A stretch of DNA of 64,000 nucleotides. It comes from Mytilus edulis. Its lineage: Eukaryota. Below are positions 1-13,131 of this stretch, in pieces (the first letter of the stretch is position 1; every line of letters starts with the position of its first letter). The translations under genes were made by a program, and so were the position numbers. The notes under the pieces were generated by a model that made no database searches, was not told where the DNA came from, and saw only the letters and a list, made by a program, of their open reading frames with translations. The stretch lies in assembly GCF_963676685.1 (NCBI RefSeq), contig NC_092351.1, positions 54,126,001 to 54,190,000 of the forward strand. Direction: 5' to 3'.

Positions 1-985
1 CATGTGGGATTTATATATAATTTGTCCTGTGATAATTGATCACGTCCGTCCGTTGTTCATTAAGGAAAATAAAAATTGGATTTTCAACTATAGATGTATT
101 TCCATCTATAAATGTTATAAATAAAGATCGAAGAAATAGTCATATTCAAAAATTATTTGCGGAAACACATGGTGTTTTTTATATCAATTTTGTTGATTTC
201 AGTTGCATTCGGTTATAACAAAGAATCCGTGTGGCAAAGCTGTAAACGTTTCGTTTCAGTTCTTAATGATTTGAATAATTTCAATCAGTTTGGTACAATC
301 ATGTTTGTAGTTTGTAATATAGGAATGGAATATGTTTAGGAAAAATCAGCATTCTACCAAAAAAAAAAGATATTAACTTCCTTCTAGATTTCTTTATAAA
401 GTTTCAATAGAAAACTGAGTTACGATTAACTCAAATAACCAACCTTATACCTAACCACACTTTATTTTAATATATGAAATCCAAAAGTCTAAACAGTTCA
501 CAGTTTGGAAAATCGAACGGCATGAATAAGGTTTGTGTCTGTGAAACCTATCTAATAACCTCATTGTCTTCAACACGCAAAAATTTACAAGAGAATACGG
601 AATGAGTATGTTGATCACTCTTAATGATTTATTTATGTCATAGAAATTTGAATACCCGTAATTTCATTCCCATTCGATATAGGAACGAGATATATTATTA
701 TAATACCAGCTCAAGGGATGGCGCAAATGTATCAATATTTTAAACCTAGATTTGCAAGAGTGCATCTACACATGCAAATTTTCATTTTTGTAAGTTTAAT
801 TAAGTTGAGAGCATTTTGAAATTTTGGACATGTTTGCTGTTTCGATTGTTACAGTAGATAATTCCAAAACAAACAGACATCTAATTGCCACATACCATGT
901 AATATATCAATACAATTTCATTGACTTTGGTGAAATACTCTTTAAGTAGTTATCAAAGGTACCAGGATTGTAATTTAGATTTATT

Positions 986-1029
986 ACGCCAGACGCGCGT
1001 TTCGTCTACATAAGACTCATTAGTGACGC
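986..1029 (-). ncRNA. Minimal type I hammerhead ribozyme motif (G5A variant) in a pLTR-like repeat at ~948-1243
   Basis: gcguca CUAAUGA gucu-uaugu-agac GAAA cgcgcg UC uggcgu. Stems I, II and a palindromic III are present; the core is CUGAUGA with a G5 to A change. Confidence 0.8.
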
Positions 1030-1676
1030 TCATATCAAAATATTTAAAAAGCCAAACAAGTACAAAGTTGAAGAGCATTGAGGAATCAAAATTCCTAAAA
1101 GTTGTGACAAATACGGCTAAGTTTATCTATGCCTTGGATAAGAAAATCCTTGTTTTTTCGAAAAAATTGAAGTTTTTTAAACAGGAAATTTATAAAAATG
1201 ACCACAACTTTGATATTCATGTCAACACCGACGCGTTGACTACTTTAAGAAAATGCCGATTTTAAGCATTTTCCCATAGGGTCAATGTTAAACTTGTCTC
1301 CTGTTTCTATGGCAAAGGCGGCCATTTTGTACTATCCAAATATTGTCCTGACATCTTAAAATACTTGGTAACATTTTAATTAAGTTTCAACCAGTTTGGG
1401 CTTTTAACGAAAAAATTAGAATTTTTGATATTTTATGTGTTTCCATACTTACGGCAGCCATCGGGGTGATCTTACAATGACACACTGCAAGATAACTCAT
1501 AAACTTTATAAGATATCCTATATAATATATAAGATATCTTTTATAATATATAAATAAAACAAATATATCTTCTTTTAAAATTTTCCTTTTTTTCCGCCCC
1601 CCCCCCCCTTAATAAAAGGAATTTGCCCCATTGTTGTTTAAATTGCTGTATGTAAGATATTTTATATTGTATTTAG

Positions 1677-2027
1677 GAACATTATTTTTCAACCACATTA
1701 TATAACCAAGACCAATTAACTGATATGGATTTTGTAGTTCATGGACCATGTATATCTAACACAGAAGGAACGTATGACCATGCCATATGCTTACATTGTA
1801 CAACATGGATTTCACAAGCATCACGATGGATAACAAGATCAAATAACTCATGGCCAAGTTATAACTATAACAAATTATTATAAAACATTGGGTACTTTTT
1901 GTACCAATCGGAGTCAATTGATCTCCAAAAGAGTGGTGATTTTCTCTTTTTGTTGGTGAGAAGCTATTATAAGACACAACGCAGATCGTATGCCTGAAAT
2001 GCTTTATATTGTTATTTTAAAACGATT
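1677..2027 (+). pseudogene. cGLR NTase-core fragment in opposite (+) orientation
   Basis: HYFSTTLYNQDQLTDMDFVVHGPCISNTEGTYDHAICLHCTTWISQASRWITRSNNSWPSYNY, then frameshifts and stops, with VLFVPIGV and VGEKLL still recognisable. Confidence 0.9.
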
Positions 2028-2660
2028 TTTTAATATAATCACATCTTTCTATTACGATTTGAATAGATACCCATAGTCCGATATTTTCAGGTAAATACCC
2101 TCATATAATCAATCATATGATCGATTCACAATGAATATTTGTGATACTAATTAAATTGTTAAATTCGACAAAAGCCTACTGGGTAATTAAACTGTCGTTT
2201 TAGGGAGAAACATTTGTTCTCGATTGCAAATGCACACTGTATATACCATAAAGTGATCTGGGTTTCAAACATTTGACTGATCTGCCCTGATCGTATGCAT
2301 TACCCTATATAAATTTACAATCAATATAGAAGAATAAAGTCCAACTTGTTGTTATATAAAAACATAAAAAAAATCAAACTATTCCCGTCTGACAATAAAA
2401 CAAATGCCGAGGAATGGGATTTGACGTTCGTGACACAACGCGGGGTATATTCTATACACAGAGACATCCAGAAGACATTAAATTCAATGCTGCGTGCAGG
2501 TAGATTGATGCTCGTTAAAGATATAATACAACACCTCATTTTGTGTTCGTACCAGGATATGTTGCTTGTGGCTGTCCATATGTTCATTACTTTAATCCGA
2601 TTTACCTAGTTTGCAGAACCTTCTATTTGGATATATGCTTTATTTGTTATCGTCTGGAAT

Positions 2661-2930
2661 AAAAGTAAAGTAACAAAAATACTGATCTCAAAGGAAAAGT
2701 CAAATATGACAGTTCCTTATCAAATGGCTCAATCAAAATTTCGAACACATCAAACGAATAGGAAACAACTGTCATATTCCTGACTTGGCACATGCATTTC
2801 ATTATGTAGAAAATGGTGGATTAACCCTGGTTTTAAAGCTAGATAAACCTCTCACATGTATGACAGTCGCATACAATTTCGTTATATTGACACTAATGTG
2901 GATACAAGGTAAAAATGTCAAAAATAAGGG
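2661..2930 (-). repeat. Dispersed short repeat family (also ~7607-7780, 27079-27350, 35251-35365)
   Basis: Shared aaagtaaa..acaaaaatactga.ctc..aggaaa..tcaaa..cacatcaaacgaat sequence. Confidence 0.75.
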
Positions 2931-2982
2931 TACATTAATATTAGGAGGAGCGTTCGTATTGCTGTCACTCGGATGTATTTAA

Positions 2983-4227
2983 GGGGGCTCGCGGGTAAAA
3001 ATAATTTTTTTTTAGATATAGGATTTTGCTATTTTTTTCTATGAATACACTTTATCCTAAAGGTATATTTAGTAAAAAAATAAAAATATTAGGTCGCCTT
3101 TCATTTAAGCTCACAATCTGCCTTCGAAAGAAGCATGCATTTTTGTTAAGTTACTTTTTTTTTGTTGAACAAATAAGAGAAAAACGGTAACATCGAAATA
3201 AAAAAAGAACTTAATTATAGAAATCGCTTAAATTTTACAGTAGTTTAGTTTAAAGGGTCACTAGCTGTCAAGTTCATGTTTACCGATTAAAATAAAATTC
3301 TCATATTTGATTTATAACAATGAAAAACATTTATCCAAACTATTAAATGTCTGAAATAAACAATAAATAGGAGACGGGCATGAACATTCTTAGCTTCGTT
3401 TCGTGTGTTTTTTAGTCTATACGGCATCTAATTAATTATCGAGTTGACCTCTAAAGTCATCCGATGACCATTTTAAGCGATGTAAACATAAATTATAGAT
3501 ATTGATAGATTAAGGAAACTCGTGCTATTGGATTATTCTAGGTCTATTTAATTTCATATCTTAGATGAAAATTAAATGTTTATCATCTTTTTTACTTGTA
3601 TAAGAATGATTTTTTGTAGATCGAATCAGTCAATCAAATGATTTACCTTTTTTTCACTTTCAGTGTTGACATTCTTTTCCTTAAAATAACTTTAGACATA
3701 CAATTCAGTGACACGTGTTATCCATCTCAAGTCAAGGGGTAAACTTGAAGTTCAAATGTATATGGATTCAATGAGGTCGAAATATTCACTCGTAAGTGAA
3801 TAATTCATAATCAATGTTTTTAAGCTGATTTTGACAAAATTGAACCATACTGGCTTCTAAAAGCTAATTTTTATTTCACTATTTCCAATTGATTATTGAT
3901 TGAGCAAAACAAAAAATAAAGTATATCATATTTATTATATCTCTCGAAGCTAGTGCCAAGTACAGCTTATTTGAAAATGATAATAAAAAATGTAGGTCAT
4001 TGATGAATTAAAAAAGATATTTTTGGCATTTTTTCACCAAAGGGAGATAATTTGGAGCTTTTTCAAAAATATAAACATTGTAAGAGTCATTTGGAGCCAC
4101 AACGATTTTTTTTTGGTTAATTTTTGTACCATTTCATAACGTAACAACTAGTAGTGTGATAAATAAAGTTTGAAATGAAAAAAAAATGTTCAAATTGTTG
4201 CTGATGTTTTTGTACCCTCGAGCCTCC
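2983..4227. mobile_element. Non-autonomous TTAA-targeting DNA transposon with a nested second element (3254-3957)
   Basis: TIR ttaa|GGGGGCTCGCGGGTA ... TACCCTCGAGCCTCC|ttca. Nested element ttaa|AGGGTCACTAGCT ... AGCTAGTGCC, right end clipped. Confidence 0.8.
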
Positions 4228-6585
4228 TTCAATACCGAATTCATGTTCATGCAATGCTTAATTTTGAAGGTAACCTCTTAACTACGGTAAGCATTTTGTT
4301 GTCCATATAGGTATACCGAGCATTAGAGAGGTAAAACAAAATGTGTCAAATACGATATCTTCCTATGTTGAAATTAACATAAAACATTGCAAGAGATCAT
4401 ACCTTTGATTCTTACTAGAAAAATAAGAATGGTTGTACTTAGAAGTTGACCATTTAAGCACATTTAAAGGGCAATTATTTTATTTGAAAATGCTTTCTCG
4501 AAACCAACCTTTTTCAGTTATACAGTTAACAGACTATGTATATATGTATTTTTAGTACGATCTTCTTTTGTTTTAAAATTCAAAAAGAAAGTTTTCGAAA
4601 TTTAAAAGTGTCATCAAAATATATTTACTCTGAATCTTAACGTGTACACATAAAATTAATGATCAAATATAAATAAAGACATTCTTAGAAAATTATGTAA
4701 ACGTTATGTTGGATACAAGTTTATCATTTAAGGATCATACAGAATTAACAACATCAGTATATAACATACCTGTCATCGTAGTTGATCTGTTACCGTTAAC
4801 GTGGCAATCTGTGTTCTCGTTTCTAACTGTAATTGTTTGCTATTCTATTTAAATATCAAAATACCACCTACACATTACTTATGGCTGTATGTCAATCATA
4901 CTTTTTCATTGGATAAGTTTATCATGTAAGCATATTGTTATAAGTAGCAGTCAAAGGTTAAACCATAATTTAGCAATAGACGGAAATAGAAAGAAGGTTG
5001 AGGTACAATAGACGGAAAAGGTGTCTTGAATATTTATTTTTAGAAAATGATAAAAAGAATGGCTCAAACTACCAACAATTTACACATTTCCCGTTAAGAA
5101 GATATACATGTAAGAGACATCCATAATGCAATTCCCAACAATCGATAATCTTATTGCCCACTGATGTTCATTTACATGTAATATAATTTTTTTCAAGAAA
5201 TGACACAACAACCGTTGCAAAAAGTATCACCATTACCAAACAAAACAAAAACTTTTTTTTGAGGTAAACGATTCTGTGTTTGAAGTATAATTATATTAAG
5301 TCAATGTGAAGTTAAAAAGATACACACACTTAAGTTATTTAAGGTATCAAAATGCATAGCTCATTCTGCATTGATAGTGATAAAAGGCCACAATTTGGTA
5401 TTCAGTTATGTAGTATAACTGGTTAATAGAATCTTTAAACTTATAATATTGATTTGAATCTGTATACGTAATGACAAAAGGTCAATTGTGGTGTTTCTTG
5501 GATGTCATAAAATGTTGGCCTTGGAATATTTGACCAAGCTCACAAATAATTGATATGAGTCAGGGATTTACTCAAAAAATATTTTACACATTAACATTTT
5601 TATGAATACATTTTGTAGTAAAGTATTTTGATTAGGAAATACTGTGTCTAACATCTAAAAGCAAATCCAAGATACTTAAATACAATATAAGAAATTAAAA
5701 GTATCAGGAAAAAAACACAGACAACGTCATGACCAGAAAAAGGCGGACAGACAAGGTACAGAGCACAAAACACTGTGTTTCAATTTCAATTATCGAGGAA
5801 AAGCAATTTCGTAGTATTTTGTGTTTAATTCATAAGGAAATTTCTAGAAATGTTAAAGTGTCATTAAGTTTATATTTACCCTCTACATTAACTTAAACAC
5901 AGACAATTAATGATCATATATAAATAAAGACATGCTTAGAAAACGTAAATTATATAAACGTTATGTTGTATACTAGTTTATCATTTAAAGATCATGCAGA
6001 ATTAACAACTTCAGTGTCTGATTGCAGTTGAGATTAAAGAACAAATAAGAATGTTACTAAGCAAAAAAGCAGATATTTTTATAAGGTCGGCACATATAAA
6101 GAAAATAGTAAATTGTGGAGCTTATAATACATAAACAGGTACACAAGAATCACCAAAAATATACTGAAAGGTAGCAAAAACCACGAAAGCCAACAAGACC
6201 AAATTGATATTGAAATCCAAACATAAATATATAAACAACGTTCAACGTACAATTAAACAGAAGGTGTGGTATGATTGCCTATGAGACAGCTTTAAAAGAT
6301 AGACATGACACAGAATTTCACATTAAAGGTCACTATACGGCCTTTTCTGTACTAGAGTGCACGTCGTAAAACTATAACACACAACAGAATAGACGCACAA
6401 TGCAAGCTTAAAACAAGATAACCACAAACTAGAACAAAGAAATTAATAAAGGTATGTATTTGGCACATGAATTACATTTGTATAATCAGGTCTGTTGAGG
6501 ATTTCTTACTTTCTACACTTTTTATCGGCAGCTTTCAGTATGGTGTTTTAACGCAAGGAAAAAGATATATTAAAACAATACATCT

Positions 6586-6627
6586 AGTTTTCAATTTCCT
6601 TTTAACAGGAAGTTTTCACTTCCACTT
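6586..6627 (-). promoter_or_regulatory. ISRE/IRF-E cluster (block X copy 1)
   Basis: AGTTTTCAATTTCC ... GGAAGTTTTCACTTCCACTT; one substitution in the distal IRF repeat. Confidence 0.5.
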
Positions 6628-8674
6628 AAACTAATAATAAATATACTTGTATTCATATTCGTTCACAATGTATAACAAAGAAAACTTTTTTGCTTTTATA
6701 AAGAATATGTTTTCGACAAAAAAAACGAATTTTATCAAGTACATGTTAACACGCTTTATCGATCAAATTTCGTTTACTTGAGACAAATGATAGATAAGTG
6801 GCAAATATTTCATACATATTCGGAAAGAGAACATAAAAATCATAACAAATAGGTAGACCTGGATCAACAGGGATGAAAGACAATTGATAAGGAATGTCAG
6901 TAAAAAGGTTAATTTTGATAGGGAAAGTCCTTTAGCCTTGCAATAAGCTACTAATGGACCATACAAAAATTAAAAAGGGTTGTTAACGTTTAGAGACCAA
7001 AGCATTCCCTCATAATAAAATATTGAAGTCAAGTCGTCTTAGCTGCGAATTAATACGTCCAAAACAGATAAACTGATGTCCTGTTTTGCCAGGCAGTTTA
7101 CTGTCGATCGGACGAAACCAGAAATGTCAATACGGCATGACTTTATTTCTGTACACATTTCAAATGTTCGTACATCTTCACCTGACAGACAGATAGTTTT
7201 CAAAAATCTATTAAAAAGTGATATCAAAAATAAAAATCATATTCATATATAATGAAATTTATGAACTTCCTCCGAAGTTTTGTATTATTATTGTGATAAG
7301 AAAAGCTCATTTGGCACTTCAGTCCAGATGAGCTTCAAAAGTTACATACAAATCGAGCTTCAAGTAAAATCTAAAAAAGGAAAGTATAAAAGCTGACAAA
7401 ATAAAGCAAAGACAGACAAAATTATCACACAAAGAACAGACCGCAAACGCTTAGTTATATTTTAATTATGATACGAAACGTTTACATTACTGCAATACAA
7501 TAATAGTTGAAATGCAATAATATAAAGCTATATTTACAAATATGGATAAAACAAAAAACATTCCAAGCTGATTTCAGATTTTTTGAGATTTCATCTACTT
7601 TCGTAAAAAGTAAAATTACAAAGAAAACTGAACTCCGAGGAAAGTTCAAAACGTAAAGTCCCTAAATCAAATGGCAAAACCAAATGATAAAAAACATCAA
7701 ACGAATGGACAGCAACTGTAATTTCCTGACTTGGAACAGGCATTTTCAAATGTAGAAGATGGTGGATTGAAACTGGTTTTATTTATAGTAAGCCAGTCGT
7801 TTGCACTTTGTATTAGTTAAGTTTATGTCGTTTTATATAACCGAAAGCAGGAAGATATTATTTCTTTTAACACACGAAACTAACTTTACTTTACACTTAC
7901 ATGAGATAATTAGTTATATTTTCCTTTCAGATGATCCTGAATCATTGTCGTAAGTGGTTCGTACTTTTGATCTGATTTCCATTTGTGACCATGCTGAAAA
8001 TTGCTAAATTCTTCCTTTTTATGTGAAAACATAACATAAATATCCTTATATGTATATTTCAGTAAGTAGAATTATAAGTAAAATGTACTTTTGGTTTTTG
8101 AATATATTCAAAATTAGCAGAATAGCATATACTATCTAAAATAAAATTCAAGTTGTCGATCTTCAAAAAAAAATAAAAATTCTATGTCTTTTTTTATATT
8201 TCTTTAATTTGTCTTCAATGCCTAAGTCCGTCCTATACTTTTTCTCCCTTGTCAGCCTATTCTAGAAATATCCATGCTTTTCTCAATTCCAAATTTATGT
8301 TGCACAAAAAGGTCAAAATAATTATCATAGTTATATACATATGTACATAAACCCCGAAAGTATGTTAACGTGTTATTTCTGGTCTTTTTTGCTCTCTCTT
8401 TAATAACACTCCACAGTGTGGTGTGTAGTTTCCTAATTTGGTCCCTGAGGAATTTTTAAATATGAATGATAATGCGCAATACAATTTATTTTGTATAACT
8501 GATGATCAATATAGCCCTCAATGTGGGTCAAAAGGAACATCAAGATCCTGTTTTGTGGTTAGTTTTTTGTATGAAAGTCCGTATTATCATATAAATATCA
8601 ATCATTGGTCCGAAAAATATTGTTTTTCTCAAACTTTTTGTTACACAAACTTTGAGAACTAAGAGTTCAAAATA

Positions 8675-8871
8675 GTGAAGTTGAAATTATCCCTTCGTTA
8701 ATTTTACGGACGCCATCACGAATTGCATTGGTTGACCGTTATGGAATATCCATTTAACATATGATATGTGATGTGTTCCTGATGTCGTAATTACAATCCC
8801 CTCCCCTTTTCACGAATTTGAACTACCGAATTAGACTATTTACCGGGTGTGTAATAAGCATTACGACGGGT
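8675..8871 (+). mobile_element. PLE 3' fragment (same family as 16360-18258)
   Basis: Matches the RT C-terminus and the start of the 3' UTR (ttacggacgccatcacga..ttagactatttaccgg). Confidence 0.85.
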
Positions 8872-11198
8872 TATCCAGAGTAACTTTTCGGTATGATTTT
8901 TTTTTTATATCAATTCAATAATATGATACAATTCGCCTATTTTCTCAGGCATTTTAAGTGCAATTATTAAGCAAAAAAAAAATAGAATTTCTCCGGCAAA
9001 TTAAACAAAGTTGATGTGTCGTAATTTCTTCAATATATAGAGTTTATGTGTCAAAAGGCTGGAAAATTTCCTATATATTAATGGCTGTTCGAAAAACAAA
9101 ACACTTTATACTAATTTAGTCCAAGATTGTTTTACCAATTTTGAGATTTTTGACTATTTCTCAAAATTCAAGCACAATTTGTCAACTCCTTTTTGCTGAA
9201 ATTTGAAAGCAAAGTTGATATTCATCTGATGATAATATTGTTTTGCTGATGAAAGAGTCAACTATGGTGTTAATCCATCTTTTAAACTTTTTTCTATTTC
9301 CAGTTTTTCTTTACGTATCAGAAAGATTTTTCTTGTTCTGCAGTAGTTAAGAATTCTTTGGTCTGCTTTTTTTTTTTTTTTTTAGATTAAAATTTTTTTT
9401 TTTATGTTGTTGATTTAGTTGCAGTAACTGTTGTAATTCGAGCTTTTTAACTTTCTATCTTATCCATCAACATGTTATTCTGAAGTTATAAAAACAAGAA
9501 GAACTCCTTTACCTACTTAACACAGTCTACATATTATCTATATATTACAATCGTGACTTATTCATTTTACATAATACCGGCTTGCTCTAGAAAGAGTACT
9601 TCAAAAGTAATTGTATTTTTAATAACATTTCCCTAATTTTTTCGGGTCTTCCACCAATTGACGGTTGGGTAGAATACATGTACGTTGTGAAGGAAATCAA
9701 GATAAAAAAAGAAAACAACGATGATGAAGCTACTTTTCAAAACTTTACTATATACAAAAAAGTACATTAATGAGCCCTCATTAATTATTAATTAAACACA
9801 CTAGCCTGAATGTCTGTAAAATGTCCTTAATTGTAAGTCCTTAGCAATAAGTTAGTCCATTTATTATAGCAAGTATGATGAAAACAATGTTTTTGTAATA
9901 GGGCTACGTGTTGAAGACCGTATCTTGATCTTTAACATGTATAATGGGTATCTTTAAAATTGTGATTTTGATGGAGAGTTGTCTTATTGGCACTCATACC
10001 ACATCTTCTTACATCTAACTAATAACAAACCCTTTTGACACTGCCCCTTTCTAAAATTTGAACTTATAAAGAAACTCCAGTTGCATTACTACCTCCGGCA
10101 AAGTTGACCTGAGATGGCTATACTTGTTATTGTTGGGGAACTATTTGTTTTTGGGCAATCCTGTATGTAAATAAAGAAAAGCGTTTTGAACACATGATAT
10201 TTGTAATGTATTGTGTATTTTTTTTTGCAGCACTGGGTCGATACCTTTGCTGGTGAACTTTCAGTCTTTTAGAGTATTATCAATTATGTTGTTAATGATA
10301 ATAGGTAATCATATCATTAATAACAATTTTTTTTAAATTGTCTGTTTATAAATTGATTACATAAGTTTCAACACCTTCAGACATTAACTGGCTTCTGTAA
10401 AAAAAAACGAGCTTTGTAGTCATATAGCTTGTCAATTATCTCGGTTCATATACATCTTCGACTTTTACCGTTCCTGATGATGATAAATCCAGAAAAGCTC
10501 GTGGCGCATGATATTTATAATGTCTTTTTTTCATTTTTAGTCATATATAGCAAAAAACAAAAAACAGCTTCCCTATGGTATTTTTACCTTGAAAATGGCT
10601 GCAAGTAATAGTTTTTAAATTCAAAGAATGATTGTAATATTTTTCTGTATATTCAAAATAACATAAAAAATGTAGTGCACAAAAATAACTCGCGTATGAC
10701 GTCATGGTCACATAACAAAACTATGTCTATGAACTGAAAAACAGAAGACACGTTACATCCAAAATTAAATTATAGTATTGTAAGCTTTTGTGTACAGAAC
10801 CGAGCCAATGTGTGAACCCGGGATGATGTGAACAAGGCCGTTAGATACACCAATAACGTATCCATAGAAAAAAACTACATGTTTATTTGAACTTGATTAA
10901 ACCTTTGTTTCATTGGATACATTGTTGCCTATATTTTTATTCGATTAACATTTTCTCACATTTAGTGTTTTCTACAGACACAAATATAAAAATGCAGATA
11001 TTGGTTACAAAGATAATTATTGTTTTAGTCGTAAAGTTTATGATGAATATCTGTCATACATTATAAATCATAACTATTTTAAAAGATAATTAATGAATAC
11101 ATATCTTCTATTTCGAAACTGATAAATACTAACCATGTTAAAAGTTTGAAACTAAGCTAAGATAACACATTAGAAAAAGTGTGTGACCAACAGTGTTA

Positions 11199-13131
11199 TC
11201 ACAACGAGCTCATTAACGAAAGTCTGCCTATCATAGCTGAAAAAAGGAATGCCCGACGAGCAGAGCTATTATCCCCGAATAACTGTGAAGCTATACCAAA
11301 AAGATTGTACGCCCTAGCATATATCAATGGACGTTCTATAAGATAATCTTCTTCGAGAAAAAGATGAAAATCGTGAAGGCAATCGTGCCCTTTTCTGGCA
11401 TTATCAAGATGATAATGACATAGACATTTTAGAAAATAAGCATAAGCTGCAGACGAAATGTGATGCGGTTCATGCCTTACTTCCATTCTTAATTCGTTTG
11501 GTATTAACACAGATCTTTTGATAAATCTCAAATCATCTAACAGCATTATTTTCCTCAATTGAACAATACTTTTCCTCACACTTAATGGCAAGTTGAGCAA
11601 TCTCGACTGAATATCAGACATATCAATGGAGTGCAACAGCTTTTCCCGAGTAAATTTTGATAAAGTATATCTGACAAGGTGTAATGCTTTACTATATTGT
11701 TTCGTCTGATAGAAAAGCGAGGCTAACATCAGCCACCCCGATATAGCGTCATGATAGATATTCTGTAGCAAAGAACAAACACAGGAATTATACAGGTTGT
11801 AATGGTCTTTATTACTACTTTTTGTACTGTTGAATGGTATTAATTGCGCAAAAAGTGAATTCTGAATGGACAAATAATATGCAAATAAATGTTTGTTAAA
11901 AGAATTTTCACAGGAAACAATTTGTTGTATTCCTCTGTACATTTCTTTTTCCACTCCTGAACTTGGTATGATTAAATTTGACATGTATAATAACGGTGAT
12001 TTAAGTGTTTTTTGAACCTCGAAATCGTGAAATACATTTGGTTCAATGTGAGCCATCCTTATTGATACATGAAAGTCAGAGACTTGATTTGAAAATAAAA
12101 TACATCGCCAACCGTATCCATACAGGAAATGCAGTTTTTCTAACACTATTTCACGGGCATGGCCCTCTATTCTATTTTCAAACATATTGTTCTCTGGAAT
12201 GAAGTAATTTAAGCAAATTGAATATTCAACGCAATATACAAGCCTACTCAAACAACGCATAAAACAAGGTATAAGATTTTCAGGTTTCCATACGGATTGT
12301 GGTAGTTCCTTTGATATCCATAACATGATTGTTTTCAAGAAATATGAACAGAGCAAATCTTTGCATTCTTGATAAGTGTCTATAACATCTTTTAAAAGAA
12401 TTTTTAAGAGAGCATAGCATAATAATTGAGTGTGTGTAAAACAATGTATTAACAACTTTTCACTAACTGAAAAAGATATTCGCCATTCTGTATCCTCTTT
12501 TGATGATCCCTTAACTCCAATTGGAACAAAAAGAACTCCATGTTTTTCAATACTTCTTTTTACATCCTTGCTCGGCCAAGAGTTGTTACTTGATCTTCTT
12601 ATCCATTGTTCAGCTGGAGATATCCATGTTTTACAATGTAGGCAATAAGCAAGGTCATACGTACCCTGTTCGTCAGATATACAAGGTCCATGAATTACTT
12701 GACGTTGAACAATAGCTTTAGATATCATATGTTGTTTATATAATGAGCTTGACAAATACTGTATTCCATTATGTTCTTCACAGTTTTTAGAAAAATATTG
12801 GTCATCACTTTTTTCCACTAGCAAATGAGTGAAACCAGGTTTTACATCGTCTGTTCTCATTGACAAATATGTAATATTAGGACTCAATCGCGGTTTTAAA
12901 TATTCATAAACCTCGATGTGTTTTGAAACATACATCATATCTAAATCACTGCCTTTCATGTCAAGTCCTTCCCCGAAACTTCCACTTGTGATTACAGTTT
13001 GAAACTCGCCGCTCGTTGCATTGTCTCTGGCACTATTCATTGTCGTATTGTTTTTACATAATGGTCTGTTCCAACTATATTTTGACACAAATAACGATAC
13101 AGTGCCTTTGATGTGTTTTGCATTGCTGTGT
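11199..13131 (-). CDS. cGAS/Mab-21-like nucleotidyltransferase (cGLR) with C-terminal TPR-like domain, copy 1; 1-nt frameshift near the N-terminus (uninterrupted ORF 13040-11199)
   Basis: Motifs SGSFGEGLDMKGSDLDMM (GS plus DxD), third acid in TYDLAYCL, WRISFSVSEK, SYFLKTIMLW and NYFIPENNMF. Splice acceptor ttgatcag|AC gives an exon start at 13131. The paralog-like N-terminus ALYRYLCQNIVGTDHYVKTIR is in another frame and ends in TGA at 13039-13037. Confidence 0.8.

Larger units (their letters stand above)
1557..8200. repeat. Segmental duplication block X, copy 1
   Basis: Colinear with 25635-32710 at high identity, and partly with 54720-58930 plus 63880-64000 at lower identity. Confidence 0.95.

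Noticed and set aside
2321-2609. Short ORFs repeated at 26718-26976
   Set aside because: The repetition is explained by the segmental duplication, the frame differs between copies, and no motif is present.
10468-10507. Hammerhead-like CTGATGA...GAAA
   Set aside because: Stem II is mismatched and stem III and the cleavage triplet are not recoverable. At most a decayed relic.
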